Of a stretch of DNA of 64,000 bases, positions 15,663 to 23,977 are shown one piece after another (within the stretch, counting starts at the first letter, position 1; every line of letters begins with the position of its first letter). Location of the stretch: contig JAPULC010000024.1 in NCBI GenBank assembly GCA_027295305.1, positions 248 through 64,247 on the forward strand, read 5' to 3'. The notes under the pieces are model-generated. The model was not told the origin of the DNA. It ran no database searches and saw only the letters and a program-made list of their open reading frames with translations. The DNA is from Gammaproteobacteria bacterium (lineage in GTDB: Bacteria; Pseudomonadota; Gammaproteobacteria; Pseudomonadales; Azotimanducaceae). A program made the translations under genes and the position numbers.

Positions 15663-16729
15663 ACGATGGCAATGTGAAGGAACAATGCGGATCGCATACG
15701 TGTGTGCAGGCGCTGGGTCACCCGGGAGAACACACAAACGAACTCGGCGGTCACTGGGGCGAGCCCAAGTGTGGCTTGCGAGGTTGTGATAACCATCCCG
15801 CGCCTCGCGAGGCCGCAATCCTGTGCATGCGGTGCGAGGCGGACGTCGCCAAGAGCCTGCAAGGCACCATCCCCATCCCCAGCAAGATCGTTGGCGACTT
15901 CGTGGAAGGCGAGCGGATCAAGCCACTGTGCACAGCGAGTGCGGCCGGCCACCCAAAGGCGGTCTGTTCACTCTACGACCCGCACCCAGGCAACCATCGC
16001 TCTGCGGGCGGCCTGGAGTGGTGCCCCCCCCGGCATCTGGCAGGCAGCAAGCCGCACCCTATGCACGGGCCTGGGCACACTCTGGCCTGCTACCAGGAGC
16101 AGGATACGCCGATCTGTGGTTGCAGTTCGTGGATGACCCCGACGGTGGTCTGTGGAAAAGACAGGGGCCATGATGACGGCGTCCACGGTCGGCGGCACGG
16201 GGGCGAGGACAGCGAGGGCTACGCTCACTACTGGGGCGATGACACGGCGGTGGCCGCCGGGTTCAAGCGTTGTGATTCCGTCCAGCCAGGCAGCACCAAA
16301 TCATTGCGCTGCGGCAAGCCCGAGGGGCACTCGCATCAGCACCAGTCCCTGTACGTGCAGGGAGTCAACAATGGCGATGTGTACACATGGGATACGCCAT
16401 GCGGGCACGTTGGTCCCGAGGGCGCGACCTGCACCACAGGTCACCCCCACAAGGGTTCACACCTGGACCGTGGCCGCCTCGACACGGTCCAGGGGAGCAG
16501 CTCCGTATCTGGCTACTTCGAGTGGCCCCAGGACGACCTCCCCGACGGGTGGACCGAGACCTGGTGCCCCGACCACGGGCCGGACGTGAGCGTCGACGAG
16601 GATGGGCTGTGCAACGCATGCGGAGTGACATCCGTTGGCAAGGCTGCCGAGCGCGCCGCCAAGCTGGAGAAGGCGTTCGAGGAGCTGTTGCCCATCGTGA
16701 AGGGGGTAGCGAAGGGGCATATCTGGTAA
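15659..16729 (+). CDS. Cys/His-rich repeat protein (5 or more C-x-GH-x-H...W units)
   Basis: 356 aa. Repeated units include CVQALGHPGEHTNELGGHW, CSLYDPHPGNHRSAGGLEW, CGKDRGHDDGVHGRRH, CGKPEGHSHQH and CTTGHPHKGSH. Confidence 0.65.
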   Translation: MNDGNVKEQCGSHTCVQALGHPGEHTNELGGHWGEPKCGLRGCDNHPAPREAAILCMRCEADVAKSLQGTIPIPSKIVGDFVEGERIKPLCTASAAGHPKAVCSLYDPHPGNHRSAGGLEWCPPRHLAGSKPHPMHGPGHTLACYQEQDTPICGCSSWMTPTVVCGKDRGHDDGVHGRRHGGEDSEGYAHYWGDDTAVAAGFKRCDSVQPGSTKSLRCGKPEGHSHQHQSLYVQGVNNGDVYTWDTPCGHVGPEGATCTTGHPHKGSHLDRGRLDTVQGSSSVSGYFEWPQDDLPDGWTETWCPDHGPDVSVDEDGLCNACGVTSVGKAAERAAKLEKAFEELLPIVKGVAKGHIW

Positions 16730-16738
16730 TGAGATGTT

Positions 16739-16948
16739 GTGGTCTGTGATCGGCACTCGAAGTCTCAGGTAACGTCGGGTGGCATGTGCCTGACGTGCCT
16801 GATCGTCAGTGCCGCGCGGATGAAGGCGGGGGGCCTCGATTTGGGCATGCCCCCGCATGTGGACAGGTGGATCGCGGCCGAGTTGGTGCGCAGGGAGGAC
16901 ATGGACGGTGAACCGAAAAAAGCGCCACAAGGCGAAGAAGAAAGCTGA
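16739..16948 (+). CDS. Hypothetical small protein (GTG start)
   Basis: 69-aa ORF with a CDRH...CLTC pattern. Support is weak. Confidence 0.35.
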   Translation: MVCDRHSKSQVTSGGMCLTCLIVSAARMKAGGLDLGMPPHVDRWIAAELVRREDMDGEPKKAPQGEEES

Positions 16949-17132
16949 GCGGAACGCAGCGCGCCGGGAGCGCCAAGCGCTCGGCAGGTGGGCGGACCGC
17001 TTCGCAGGGGAGTGTGCAGAGTTCGAGGCCACGCCCGATGAAGAGATACCGCGTAGTGGGCTTGCGGAAGGCCGAACCGGGGCGCCGGTCAGCCTAGGCG
17101 ATATCACCCAAGAGTTTTTGAAAAGCCGGTAG
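16908..17132 (+). CDS. Hypothetical basic protein
   Basis: GTG at 16908 (VNRKKRHKAKKKAERNAARRERQ). It overlaps the previous ORF by 41 nt. Confidence 0.4.
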   Translation: MNRKKRHKAKKKAERNAARRERQALGRWADRFAGECAEFEATPDEEIPRSGLAEGRTGAPVSLGDITQEFLKSR

Positions 17133-17160
17133 CGACCGGCACAGCAACGGAGATAGACAG

Positions 17161-17559
17161 ATGGCAGCGAAGAAGAAGAAGGTCACGAAGAAAAAACCGA
17201 CACCGCGCATCACGCGAAAGGCTCCCGAGAAGACCAAAGAAGAGTTGATGGCAGATAGCCTGAATGAGCAGGCGCGCATTGGCCAAGAGATCGATGCGCT
17301 CACTGAGCAGATCATGGACCTGGTCGACGGCGCGAGCGCCGACCAGGTCAGGTCGAATGCACTGACACAGGCAACAGCGCGCTTCTGCCTGACCTCAGAC
17401 GTCACGAGCAGCCGGCTGGCTCAGATGGTGACGATTCACCTGGAATCAACCGCGAAGGAAATGCTCACCAATAAAAAAGGGGCCCTGAAGAAAACTCTAG
17501 CCAAGAGAAGGGCGGAGACGAAGGAAGCGAAATCCAAGAAAAAACGGCGCAAGCGTTGA
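17161..17559 (+). CDS. Lys-rich, histone-like or nucleic-acid-binding protein (putative)
   Basis: Both termini are poly-basic (MAAKKKKVTKKKPTPR..., ...KEAKSKKKRRKR). ACGGAGA lies upstream. Confidence 0.6.
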   Translation: MAAKKKKVTKKKPTPRITRKAPEKTKEELMADSLNEQARIGQEIDALTEQIMDLVDGASADQVRSNALTQATARFCLTSDVTSSRLAQMVTIHLESTAKEMLTNKKGALKKTLAKRRAETKEAKSKKKRRKR

Positions 17560-17646
17560 TAGCAAGGGGGCTCCTGTGGCAGACGACAGTCAGATCGATG
17601 TCTACGTTTGCCGCAGGGCCAGCTGCTCGCCCCGAAGTCTGCCTGA

Positions 17647-17656
17647 TTATCCCGTA
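17647..17656 (+). promoter_or_regulatory. WTATCMSGTA motif copy (TTATCCCGTA), 10 nt upstream of ATG 17667
   Basis: Read directly from the sequence. It sits in a 107-nt intergenic gap. Confidence 0.45.
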
Positions 17657-17666
17657 TAGAGTAGGC

Positions 17667-18137
17667 ATGACAAAGAAGATAGGTAGCCCGAAGTCGCGCC
17701 GGGCAATCAGTGCAGCGACGAAACGACTCCTGAAGCTCACGAAGGGCATGACCCACGCGGAAGCTGCCGACAGGCTGAGCCTGGGAATCAACGATGTGTG
17801 CAACCTTCGGCAAGGCAACTCCAGGCTGTCGGTGCCGATGCTGCTCAAGATGGTGCGCATTGGGCGATACGATCCCGCGTCTGTCCTCGTGGGGCCGGAG
17901 CTGAAGCACATGTCGGCCGATAAGTCGGTGCGGGGCGCACAGCAGAGGCTGATCAACGCTCGCATTGCCAGGCTCGCGCGCCTACGCTCGGGCGAAGAGA
18001 CAGCTCGGCTCACCGGCCTGTCGGTCACAGGGGCGTTTGGCCTGCGGTACAGACCCGATGCCAACGTCACGCTCTACACAGTGATGGGCTTCTGGCACGC
18101 CGGCCACGACTTCGACGCGATGATCTTTGGAGGCTAG
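17667..18137 (+). CDS. XRE-like helix-turn-helix protein (putative regulator)
   Basis: ATG at 17667. The segment MTHAEAADRLSLGINDVCNLRQGNSRLSVPMLLKMV looks like an HTH_XRE unit. Confidence 0.6.
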   Translation: MTKKIGSPKSRRAISAATKRLLKLTKGMTHAEAADRLSLGINDVCNLRQGNSRLSVPMLLKMVRIGRYDPASVLVGPELKHMSADKSVRGAQQRLINARIARLARLRSGEETARLTGLSVTGAFGLRYRPDANVTLYTVMGFWHAGHDFDAMIFGG

Positions 18138-18143
18138 CCCCAA

Positions 18144-18341
18144 ATGGAGAATAGGACAGCAACGGAGGAAGACCGGTTCTACGTGCATCCGAGTGATCGC
18201 GGCGCTCAGGGCGATGGGGCAACCATCCACGACCGCCATCGGGGAGACGTGCGGTTCGCGGAGTGCGCCCCGGAGAAGGCCGATTGGCAGTGCGCCGCGT
18301 TCAACGCACACCACAAGCGAGATCAGGAGAGCGAAGCATGA
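18144..18341 (+). CDS. Hypothetical protein
   Basis: 65-aa ORF whose stop overlaps the next ATG as ATGA. Confidence 0.4.
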   Translation: MENRTATEEDRFYVHPSDRGAQGDGATIHDRHRGDVRFAECAPEKADWQCAAFNAHHKRDQESEA

Positions 18342-18538
18342 AAGTCAAAATCCTAGTTGAGTTCAACGTCCCGGGTACGGACGACGAAAGCGTGGCCCGA
18401 GGCGCGGCGAGCATGGCCGCCCACGAATGGTTGACGGTCTGCGAGATTGGCGGCGGCAGCATGCGCATTGACAAGTGTACGGTGCATGTCGATGGGCATG
18501 GCGAGTTCGAGGTTATGGTTGGTGATGACCATGACTAG
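18338..18538 (+). CDS. Hypothetical protein
   Basis: ATG at 18338 follows AGGAGA. Confidence 0.5.
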   Translation: MKVKILVEFNVPGTDDESVARGAASMAAHEWLTVCEIGGGSMRIDKCTVHVDGHGEFEVMVGDDHD

Positions 18539-18722
18539 GCGGACCACCCGTCGACAGAAGCTGTCGGTGGCCTGCCCCCGCTGCGAGTCGACTCCGGGCC
18601 AACGATGCCGAGCCCGTCAGAGGTGGAGCGTGGCCGGCGCGTCGGTGTCGTGGACGCTGCCCTACCCGCTGTCTGAGTCGCACCGCGAGCGCCGCCTGAA
18701 GTACATTAAGGAGAATCCATGA
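18525..18722 (+). CDS. Zinc-ribbon small protein (CPRC-x3-PGQ-x-C family)
   Basis: It carries ACPRCESTPGQRC...H..R and is a paralogue of 27368-27574. Confidence 0.5.
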   Translation: MTMTRRTTRRQKLSVACPRCESTPGQRCRARQRWSVAGASVSWTLPYPLSESHRERRLKYIKENP

Positions 18723-18940
18723 ACTCGATCGCTGAAATCCTCGCCCACCTCGACGACGACACGCAGCCCATCAAGCGCGCGGATCTGGCGGCCGCCATTC
18801 GGCGATGCATGGGCGATGATGAGCCCAAGCGCCTGTGGCACCGCGTGTTCGCTACCAACTACGCGTTGTGCAAGGACTACGACCAGGCGATGGAGACGGC
18901 CGACAACGCGGTAGAAGACGGCAAGGAACGGTTCCCATGA
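18719..18940 (+). CDS. Hypothetical protein
   Basis: 73-aa ORF in an ATGA overlap. Confidence 0.55.
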   Translation: MNSIAEILAHLDDDTQPIKRADLAAAIRRCMGDDEPKRLWHRVFATNYALCKDYDQAMETADNAVEDGKERFP

Positions 18941-19629
18941 AGCGCGCAACGCGTCCCCCCATGCCCGACCGCGAGATGCGCAAGGTCAAGCCGGTCTCGA
19001 AGTGGAAGGTGTACGGGTGGAGTGGCTTCCGCACGTTGCCCGGTGACGAGCTGGTCCAGAGTTGCGAGTTTGCCATCGCCCCCTCGAAGGCAGCGATCGT
19101 CCGTGGCTCGGGGGGCAACCATCGTTCCGAGGACATCGGCGAGATGGAAAACTCGGCGGAGATGGATAAGGCGCGAAGCAAGCCCGGGACGATCTTCTAC
19201 TGCAGTCTCAACGCGCGTCGAGATGATCAGTGCGAGTGGTTCGAGGCGCAGCCCGAGGTGCCGTTCGATCAGCCCTTCAAGAAGAAGGGCGAGCCCACGC
19301 AGGTCACGCTGTGGGTGGTGACTGCCGGCAGGTTCGCTGAGAAGGGCGAGCCGCCGAAGCTCTACAGCCTCCTGTGCAAGAAGCACGTGAACCACTACGC
19401 GATGGTGACGAGTCCACGCGGCCGGTACGCCGGTGATGCGTTCGGGTTCCGGCATAAGTTCGAGTTCGGACAGTACGAAGAAGACCCGCAGAACGCCATC
19501 GCCCGCTATATCCGGGAGAAGGAAGACAGCGCGGTGTGTGCGCGAGCAGAGGCAGACGAGTGCGACGCGCTGGCGGGCAAGGCTGCCCTGCTCTACCTGA
19601 GAGAACCTGACGGCATATCCGGTAACTAA
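18937..19629 (+). CDS. Hypothetical protein
   Basis: ATG at 18937 in an ATGA overlap, 230 aa. Confidence 0.65.
   Translation: MKRATRPPMPDREMRKVKPVSKWKVYGWSGFRTLPGDELVQSCEFAIAPSKAAIVRGSGGNHRSEDIGEMENSAEMDKARSKPGTIFYCSLNARRDDQCEWFEAQPEVPFDQPFKKKGEPTQVTLWVVTAGRFAEKGEPPKLYSLLCKKHVNHYAMVTSPRGRYAGDAFGFRHKFEFGQYEEDPQNAIARYIREKEDSAVCARAEADECDALAGKAALLYLREPDGISGN
19615..19624 (+). promoter_or_regulatory. WTATCMSGTA motif copy (ATATCCGGTA), 10 nt upstream of ATG 19635
   Basis: Read directly from the sequence. It overlaps the last codons of the upstream gene. Confidence 0.4.
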
Positions 19630-19634
19630 GAGTC

Positions 19635-19976
19635 ATGCCTAACGCACTCAACTGTAGAGGGTTCAGCCCGTCCGGAAACGGGGGCTTACTTTGCGGGCAC
19701 TGTGGCGCTCCCATAGACCAACACAGTTCGCCGCAGGATGTGCCGAAGCTGGAAGCCGCGGCCGACAAGGTGATCGCGCTCTGCAACGAGCTGGGCCTCA
19801 CCGTCGATGAGGTTGCGACCATGACGCACACCATTGCAGTCAATCACTTCGTGGCATCGGGCGTTACGGAGCAACGCGCAGCGCGGGCAACACAGCTCGC
19901 GCATCGCTGGCGAGTGAGCCAGGGGCAGAATGACCGGGTGCTCGTGAAGCGCCCCCCTAGAATCGAGGGAACATGA
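19635..19976 (+). CDS. Hypothetical protein
   Basis: 113-aa ORF with an N-terminal C..(x)..CGHC pattern. Confidence 0.55.
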   Translation: MPNALNCRGFSPSGNGGLLCGHCGAPIDQHSSPQDVPKLEAAADKVIALCNELGLTVDEVATMTHTIAVNHFVASGVTEQRAARATQLAHRWRVSQGQNDRVLVKRPPRIEGT

Positions 19977-20230
19977 CAGAGCGAGTAGCAGGCGGGCAGT
20001 CCCCGAAGGTCCAGAAGAACCGCAACAGCAAGGGCGTCCGAGTGCCCGCGTTGGCGCTCATTGAAGAGAATGGCTGGAAGGTCGGTGACTTCCTCACCGG
20101 CGGCAACTGGAAGGCTCCGCGGAGCATCGAGCAAATCGATGGCGGCGAGGTGAAGCTACGTAGCCCCAAGGGGTGTGGGTACTCCTGGACGGCGTCTCTG
20201 CCGGCGGATGCGCGGAAGGTCAAGGCATGA
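19973..20230 (+). CDS. Hypothetical protein
   Basis: 85-aa ORF in an ATGA overlap. Confidence 0.55.
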   Translation: MTERVAGGQSPKVQKNRNSKGVRVPALALIEENGWKVGDFLTGGNWKAPRSIEQIDGGEVKLRSPKGCGYSWTASLPADARKVKA

Positions 20231-20379
20231 CGCCGCCGACGGATGTTGAGAAGTTGAATGACGACCAGATGGCGAAGGTGCTGGCAGAGATCATCGCCAG
20301 CGGCCGAGAACTATCCAGCGATCAGCGCGACCGCGTGCTCATGACGCTGCGCGTCTTTTGGGGCTTCAGTGACGGCTGA
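20227..20379 (+). CDS. Hypothetical small protein
   Basis: ATG at 20227 in an ATGA overlap, 50 aa. Confidence 0.45.
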   Translation: MTPPTDVEKLNDDQMAKVLAEIIASGRELSSDQRDRVLMTLRVFWGFSDG

Positions 20380-20426
20380 GTCTCAGTGTAAGCTTGTGCC
20401 GCGGGACGAAACATTGGAGTTGGTTC

Positions 20427-20651
20427 ATGAGCACACCACCACACCATGATGACAGGCACACCGACTGCGGGGGTATGTGGATCGGTGGCATCTGCGCGCG
20501 GTGCCAGAAGGCGTGCGAATGCCTGCTGTGCCTGCGGCTGGATGCGCGGAGCGTGCTCGGTCGAAGCATGGGTTACGTGGACAAGCCCACGCGCATGGTC
20601 GAGCCCCAGGATGTGAAGCCAGGCAGGTGGAGCGAGTACGACGGTGAGTGA
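20427..20651 (+). CDS. Hypothetical Cys-rich protein
   Basis: ATG at 20427 follows GGAG. It carries CGG...CARCQKACECLLC. Confidence 0.5.
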   Translation: MSTPPHHDDRHTDCGGMWIGGICARCQKACECLLCLRLDARSVLGRSMGYVDKPTRMVEPQDVKPGRWSEYDGE

Positions 20652-20853
20652 TCCCATGATGGACAACCTGCGGCGCCTGCAGTTTCCCGCGAAGGTCAAA
20701 GAGATATTCGACATTGCGACCTCGCGCGGTTGGAGGGTGAAGCTCGTGATCTGGAAGCCTGACGGCGAGGAATGGGAGCTGAACCCGTCGGGTTCCCGCC
20801 AGATCAGCGAGGCCCGCCGGCCGGCCGATCGCGTGCAGGCGACGCAGCGCTAG
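20644..20853 (+). CDS. Hypothetical protein
   Basis: GTG at 20644 or ATG at 20656. It converges on the - strand gene and their ends overlap by 4 nt. Confidence 0.5.
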   Translation: MSDPMMDNLRRLQFPAKVKEIFDIATSRGWRVKLVIWKPDGEEWELNPSGSRQISEARRPADRVQATQR

Positions 20854-21212
20854 ATTGCGTCCTGGGCGAACTTGCGCTTGAGGGCCGCGAGATGCAGCAT
20901 GTGGCTCGGCACCGGTGCCGCGTCGGCGATGTAGGCCCGGATTGCTTCGAGTCCCTTCAGGGTCATCGAGATGGTGGCCTCTTCCCCGGAGCCCTCGCAG
21001 TGGACCAGCCCTTTCTTGGACAGGCTGGAAGCGATGCCCCCCGCGCTCTTTCCGAAGCCCTCCGCGGGGCTCCAATCCCACACCGGAGTTCCGACGATGA
21101 GGTCAGCGTCCCCGGTCATGATGTCCTGCCCCTCGGCGTAGTCGCTCTCGATGATGCCCACGAGGTAGGCGGCTTCGTTTTCGGTGATGCGGGTTGTTTC
21201 GTTGTTGTCCAT
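20850..21212 (-). CDS. Hypothetical protein, possible winged-helix regulator, divergent from rusA
   Basis: The real start is MDNNETT at 21212; the 290-aa track ORF is an upstream extension. The SLSKKGLVHCEG...TLKGLEAI segment is wHTH-like. Confidence 0.6.
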   Translation of the reverse strand: MDNNETTRITENEAAYLVGIIESDYAEGQDIMTGDADLIVGTPVWDWSPAEGFGKSAGGIASSLSKKGLVHCEGSGEEATISMTLKGLEAIRAYIADAAPVPSHMLHLAALKRKFAQDAI

Positions 21213-21321
21213 ATCCAGAACCCTACTAGCCCATCTGTACGGACGCAAGACATTCGTACGTTTGAAATAAGATGTACGGAAGTGCTTGACGGTACGGACG
21301 GTCGGGTGCAGGATGGTGCTC
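21213..21321. promoter_or_regulatory. Divergent intergenic control region with phased GTACG(GA) direct repeats
   Basis: GTACGGA occurs at 21237, 21274 and 21292, and GTACG at 21256, spaced 18-19 bp apart. TTGACG lies at 21286-21291. Confidence 0.5.
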
Positions 21322-21756
21322 ATGAACAACAAGGTGATGCGCGTCGAGTTCACCATCCCCGGACCCCCTCGCTCCTGGAAGCGTCGGAACACGGGCCGGT
21401 CGCGGTCCACGGGCAAGTCGGTGTCGTTCAACGATCCGAAGTACGAGCAGCACAAAAAGCATGTCGCGTGGCTTATGATCCAGCACACCACCGAGTCCGA
21501 GCGCCAGCTCATCCGCGGGTCCCGGCTTTCGCTGCAGCTCGCGATGTACTTCCCATCCTTCCGAGTGCAGGACGCCGACCGCGTTTTGAATCTGGTCCTC
21601 GATGCCGGGAAATCGCTGTTCTGGGTGGATGACACATGGACCACATTCGAGGGGGGCGAGATTGTTCTGCGTCCTGCCCTAGACCGAAAAAACCCGCGAG
21701 TCGAAGTTGTCGTGGATTGCATAGCTCCGCTAACTCGCGAGATGGAAGCGGAGTAA
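21322..21756 (+). CDS. rusA: RusA-like Holliday junction resolvase
   Basis: It shows FTIPGPPRSWKR..., ...LSLQLAMYFP...DADRVLNLVLDAGKSLFWVDD, matching the RusA pattern (D.DN..K...DA......DD). The start could be 21313, 21322 or 21337. Confidence 0.75.
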   Translation: MNNKVMRVEFTIPGPPRSWKRRNTGRSRSTGKSVSFNDPKYEQHKKHVAWLMIQHTTESERQLIRGSRLSLQLAMYFPSFRVQDADRVLNLVLDAGKSLFWVDDTWTTFEGGEIVLRPALDRKNPRVEVVVDCIAPLTREMEAE

Positions 21757-21821
21757 AAGTTCGGACGCCCGTTCAGAAGCGAGGGGGCGGTCCGTTGTAG
21801 ATGCGCGATCGAGGGGACGCC

Positions 21822-22274
21822 ATGAAAAAATATGACGCAGAGGTAGTAGGGCTAATCGCGGAACGCGTGCATGCCCGCACGGCCAGACTAAACGGTACGG
21901 ATGGGCTTGTGGGTTGTACGGACTTCGTGCCAAGATTGGATAAGACAATGAAACGACAACCCAGAACAGTGCGACTCGCCGTCAATCCTGACGAGATGGT
22001 GCTCATTGGAGAACACATGGCATCGAGAGAAGACCCGCAGTGCGCCCGCATCGAGATCCGCACCGACAAGAAAACCAAAGATGCGCTGCAGGCGCTCGCG
22101 GAGGAAGCTGGAGCGGACAGCTTGACCGCGTTCATGTTGGATCGAGCGATTGCAAGGCCAACCCAGAAGGAAATCCGCGAGTGGAGAAAGCGCTCAAACT
22201 CAAAGGTCGCCGTCGCGAAGCGCGGGGTTCGGGATGCTCAGAAAAAGTTGAGGGAAGCGCAAGGCAATGGCTGA
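21822..22274 (+). CDS. Ribbon-helix-helix (DUF1778/CopG-like) domain protein
   Basis: ATG at 21822 follows GAGGGG. The segment RIEIRTDKKTKDALQALAEEAGADSLTAFMLDRAI fits an RHH pattern. Confidence 0.55.
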   Translation: MKKYDAEVVGLIAERVHARTARLNGTDGLVGCTDFVPRLDKTMKRQPRTVRLAVNPDEMVLIGEHMASREDPQCARIEIRTDKKTKDALQALAEEAGADSLTAFMLDRAIARPTQKEIREWRKRSNSKVAVAKRGVRDAQKKLREAQGNG

Positions 22275-22575
22275 CGGACCCAACACAGTCATCGTGCGAC
22301 GCTACCGCCCAGCGTTCTTTGAAGGGTTCAAAGTCGAGGCGGTGACGGTGACGAGCATGGAGCAGCTCGTTGAGATTCCTTGGATCGCGCAGCACGCAAA
22401 GGCCGACGGGTTTGAAAGGTACGACGTCCATGTCAGCGAAGCTTGCGGCGTTACGCAGGTGACTATTTCCGCGATCTGCGCAGAAGTCCACTGGGTGATC
22501 GCCATGCTCGAAGGTCCAGGCGCAAAGGCGTTATCGGGTAGCTGGTCGTACGAGCCGGTAGAAAGCGAGGGGTAG
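22267..22575 (+). CDS. Hypothetical protein
   Basis: 102-aa ORF. Confidence 0.55.
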   Translation: MADGPNTVIVRRYRPAFFEGFKVEAVTVTSMEQLVEIPWIAQHAKADGFERYDVHVSEACGVTQVTISAICAEVHWVIAMLEGPGAKALSGSWSYEPVESEG

Positions 22576-22576
22576 G

Positions 22577-23056
22577 ATGGTTGAGTTCAGAAAGATTGTT
22601 CGGAATGGGATTGTTGATGAAGATGGCTACGGTGGTTTCGTGATCAGCGAGGTCAGCGGCGAACCTGAGGGCGACTTTGATGACGGCCCATGTGAGGCGC
22701 TGGAGCCGCCAAGCTATGGGATCTTACGAGACAGCGACGGTGGGTTCGTTATGCATCCGGTCACCGAAGTCGACCCGGACCGTTGGGATGACGGTAGTGG
22801 GGAGCTAGCGAAGGTGCCCGTTGGGCTATGGCAGGTGGTGCTGGTGTTTCCTCTAGCGCCGCGTGGCTTCCGGTACGTCCACGGGCAGACACTGTATGCG
22901 AAAGCGGAGTATGCAGAGTCCGCTTACCGAGAAGGCGAGCGCCCTGTGACCTGGGTCGGGATGACCGCCGTCAGGGAGTACTTCGCTTATGCTATTCGGC
23001 AGGGTGCCAAGTTGCTGGACACGGGGTGTGTGTTGCTTGGTGAGGGTCGGCTATGA
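22577..23056 (+). CDS. Hypothetical protein
   Basis: 159-aa ORF with GAGGGGTAGG upstream. Confidence 0.55.
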   Translation: MVEFRKIVRNGIVDEDGYGGFVISEVSGEPEGDFDDGPCEALEPPSYGILRDSDGGFVMHPVTEVDPDRWDDGSGELAKVPVGLWQVVLVFPLAPRGFRYVHGQTLYAKAEYAESAYREGERPVTWVGMTAVREYFAYAIRQGAKLLDTGCVLLGEGRL

Positions 23057-23232
23057 ACCGCAATCGCAAAGCCAGGTCAGTCCGATGGCGGCACCCGGTG
23101 CGGCAGCCCAGGGAGTTCGTCACCGCCAACAGGCTCGACCTGGAGAACAAGTTTGATATACATGCCGGAACAGTCCACGTGGATTGGCTCCCGCCGGTCA
23201 AGCTACGATTGGTAGAGGGAGGACAGTCATGA
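23053..23232 (+). CDS. Hypothetical basic small protein (59 aa)
   Basis: ATGA overlaps at both ends. It was translated by hand and is below the ORF-track cutoff. Confidence 0.4.
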   Translation: MNRNRKARSVRWRHPVRQPREFVTANRLDLENKFDIHAGTVHVDWLPPVKLRLVEGGQS

Positions 23233-23744
23233 AACGCAGAGGGTTTTTGAAGCTGATCGGGATCGGGGCTGCGGGGACTGCGGTCGCCCCGCTGGTTGGC
23301 GCAAACGCGCAGGAAACGGTCGAGCGTGATGCCGGCGTGAACTGGAATCCCGCTTGCCCGAACCCGCTGGCGGTGAAGCTGGATGGCCCGACACTGATTT
23401 CGGTTGGGGATGTTCCGCGATTGATTTCGGGCGGCATCGTCACGTTGAGCGATGGCAATCCGTCAGAGTTCGATGTCGGCGCGGGCGAGGTGGTTTTCCC
23501 GCTCTATACCGATGACCCATGGGTACCGTTCAGCTCCTTTGTTTCGATAGGTTTCCTCTGGCACAAGGACTACAGCTGCGTAGGCATCAACCACAGTGGT
23601 AAGTTAGAGGTGCATGGCTTCGACGCTCCCAAGTGGCTAACTCCCATCGACCAACGACGGCTCGTGCACCTCGCCACGGTCTACCATTGGGACCACAACA
23701 CGGTCACCTCGATCGAAGTTCCGCAGAGACTGGCAGCCCTATGA
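23229..23744 (+). CDS. Secreted protein with twin-arginine (Tat) signal peptide
   Basis: ATG at 23229 follows GGGAGGA. N-terminus MKRRGFLKLIGIGAAGTAVAPLVGANA|QE matches the Tat consensus RRxFLK. Confidence 0.65.
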   Translation: MKRRGFLKLIGIGAAGTAVAPLVGANAQETVERDAGVNWNPACPNPLAVKLDGPTLISVGDVPRLISGGIVTLSDGNPSEFDVGAGEVVFPLYTDDPWVPFSSFVSIGFLWHKDYSCVGINHSGKLEVHGFDAPKWLTPIDQRRLVHLATVYHWDHNTVTSIEVPQRLAAL

Positions 23745-23771
23745 CACAGCAAGGCGACCACGGCGCGAACT

Positions 23772-23781
23772 ATATCCGGTA
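23772..23781 (+). promoter_or_regulatory. WTATCMSGTA motif copy (ATATCCGGTA), 10 nt upstream of ATG 23792
   Basis: Read directly from the sequence. It sits in a 47-nt gap at the head of junction-motif array 1. Confidence 0.45.
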
Positions 23782-23791
23782 AGGGGTAGGC

Positions 23792-23977
23792 ATGGAAATC
23801 GGAAGCGAAGAATGGGTGAGGTCACAGAATCGAGCGCAAGGGCTGTTCCTCTTGCTTGTGTTCCTGGCCGGCCTAGCTGTGCTGTTCACGATGCGGTCCA
23901 TCGTTGACATGAACGACCTGATCGTCGAGCAGCGGCAACGGCTGTCCGACTGCGACTGCATGGAAGGAACCCCCTGA
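23792..23977 (+). CDS. Small membrane protein
   Basis: It has a transmembrane helix (GLFLLLVFLAGLAVLF) and ends in junction motif 1. Confidence 0.5.
   Translation: MEIGSEEWVRSQNRAQGLFLLLVFLAGLAVLFTMRSIVDMNDLIVEQRQRLSDCDCMEGTP

Noticed and set aside
21213-21722. The upstream 170 codons of the 290-aa - ORF 20850-21722.
   Set aside because: This part is antisense to the RusA-like gene and reads as low-complexity sequence. A clean start, MDNNETT at 21212, leaves a sensible 120-aa protein.
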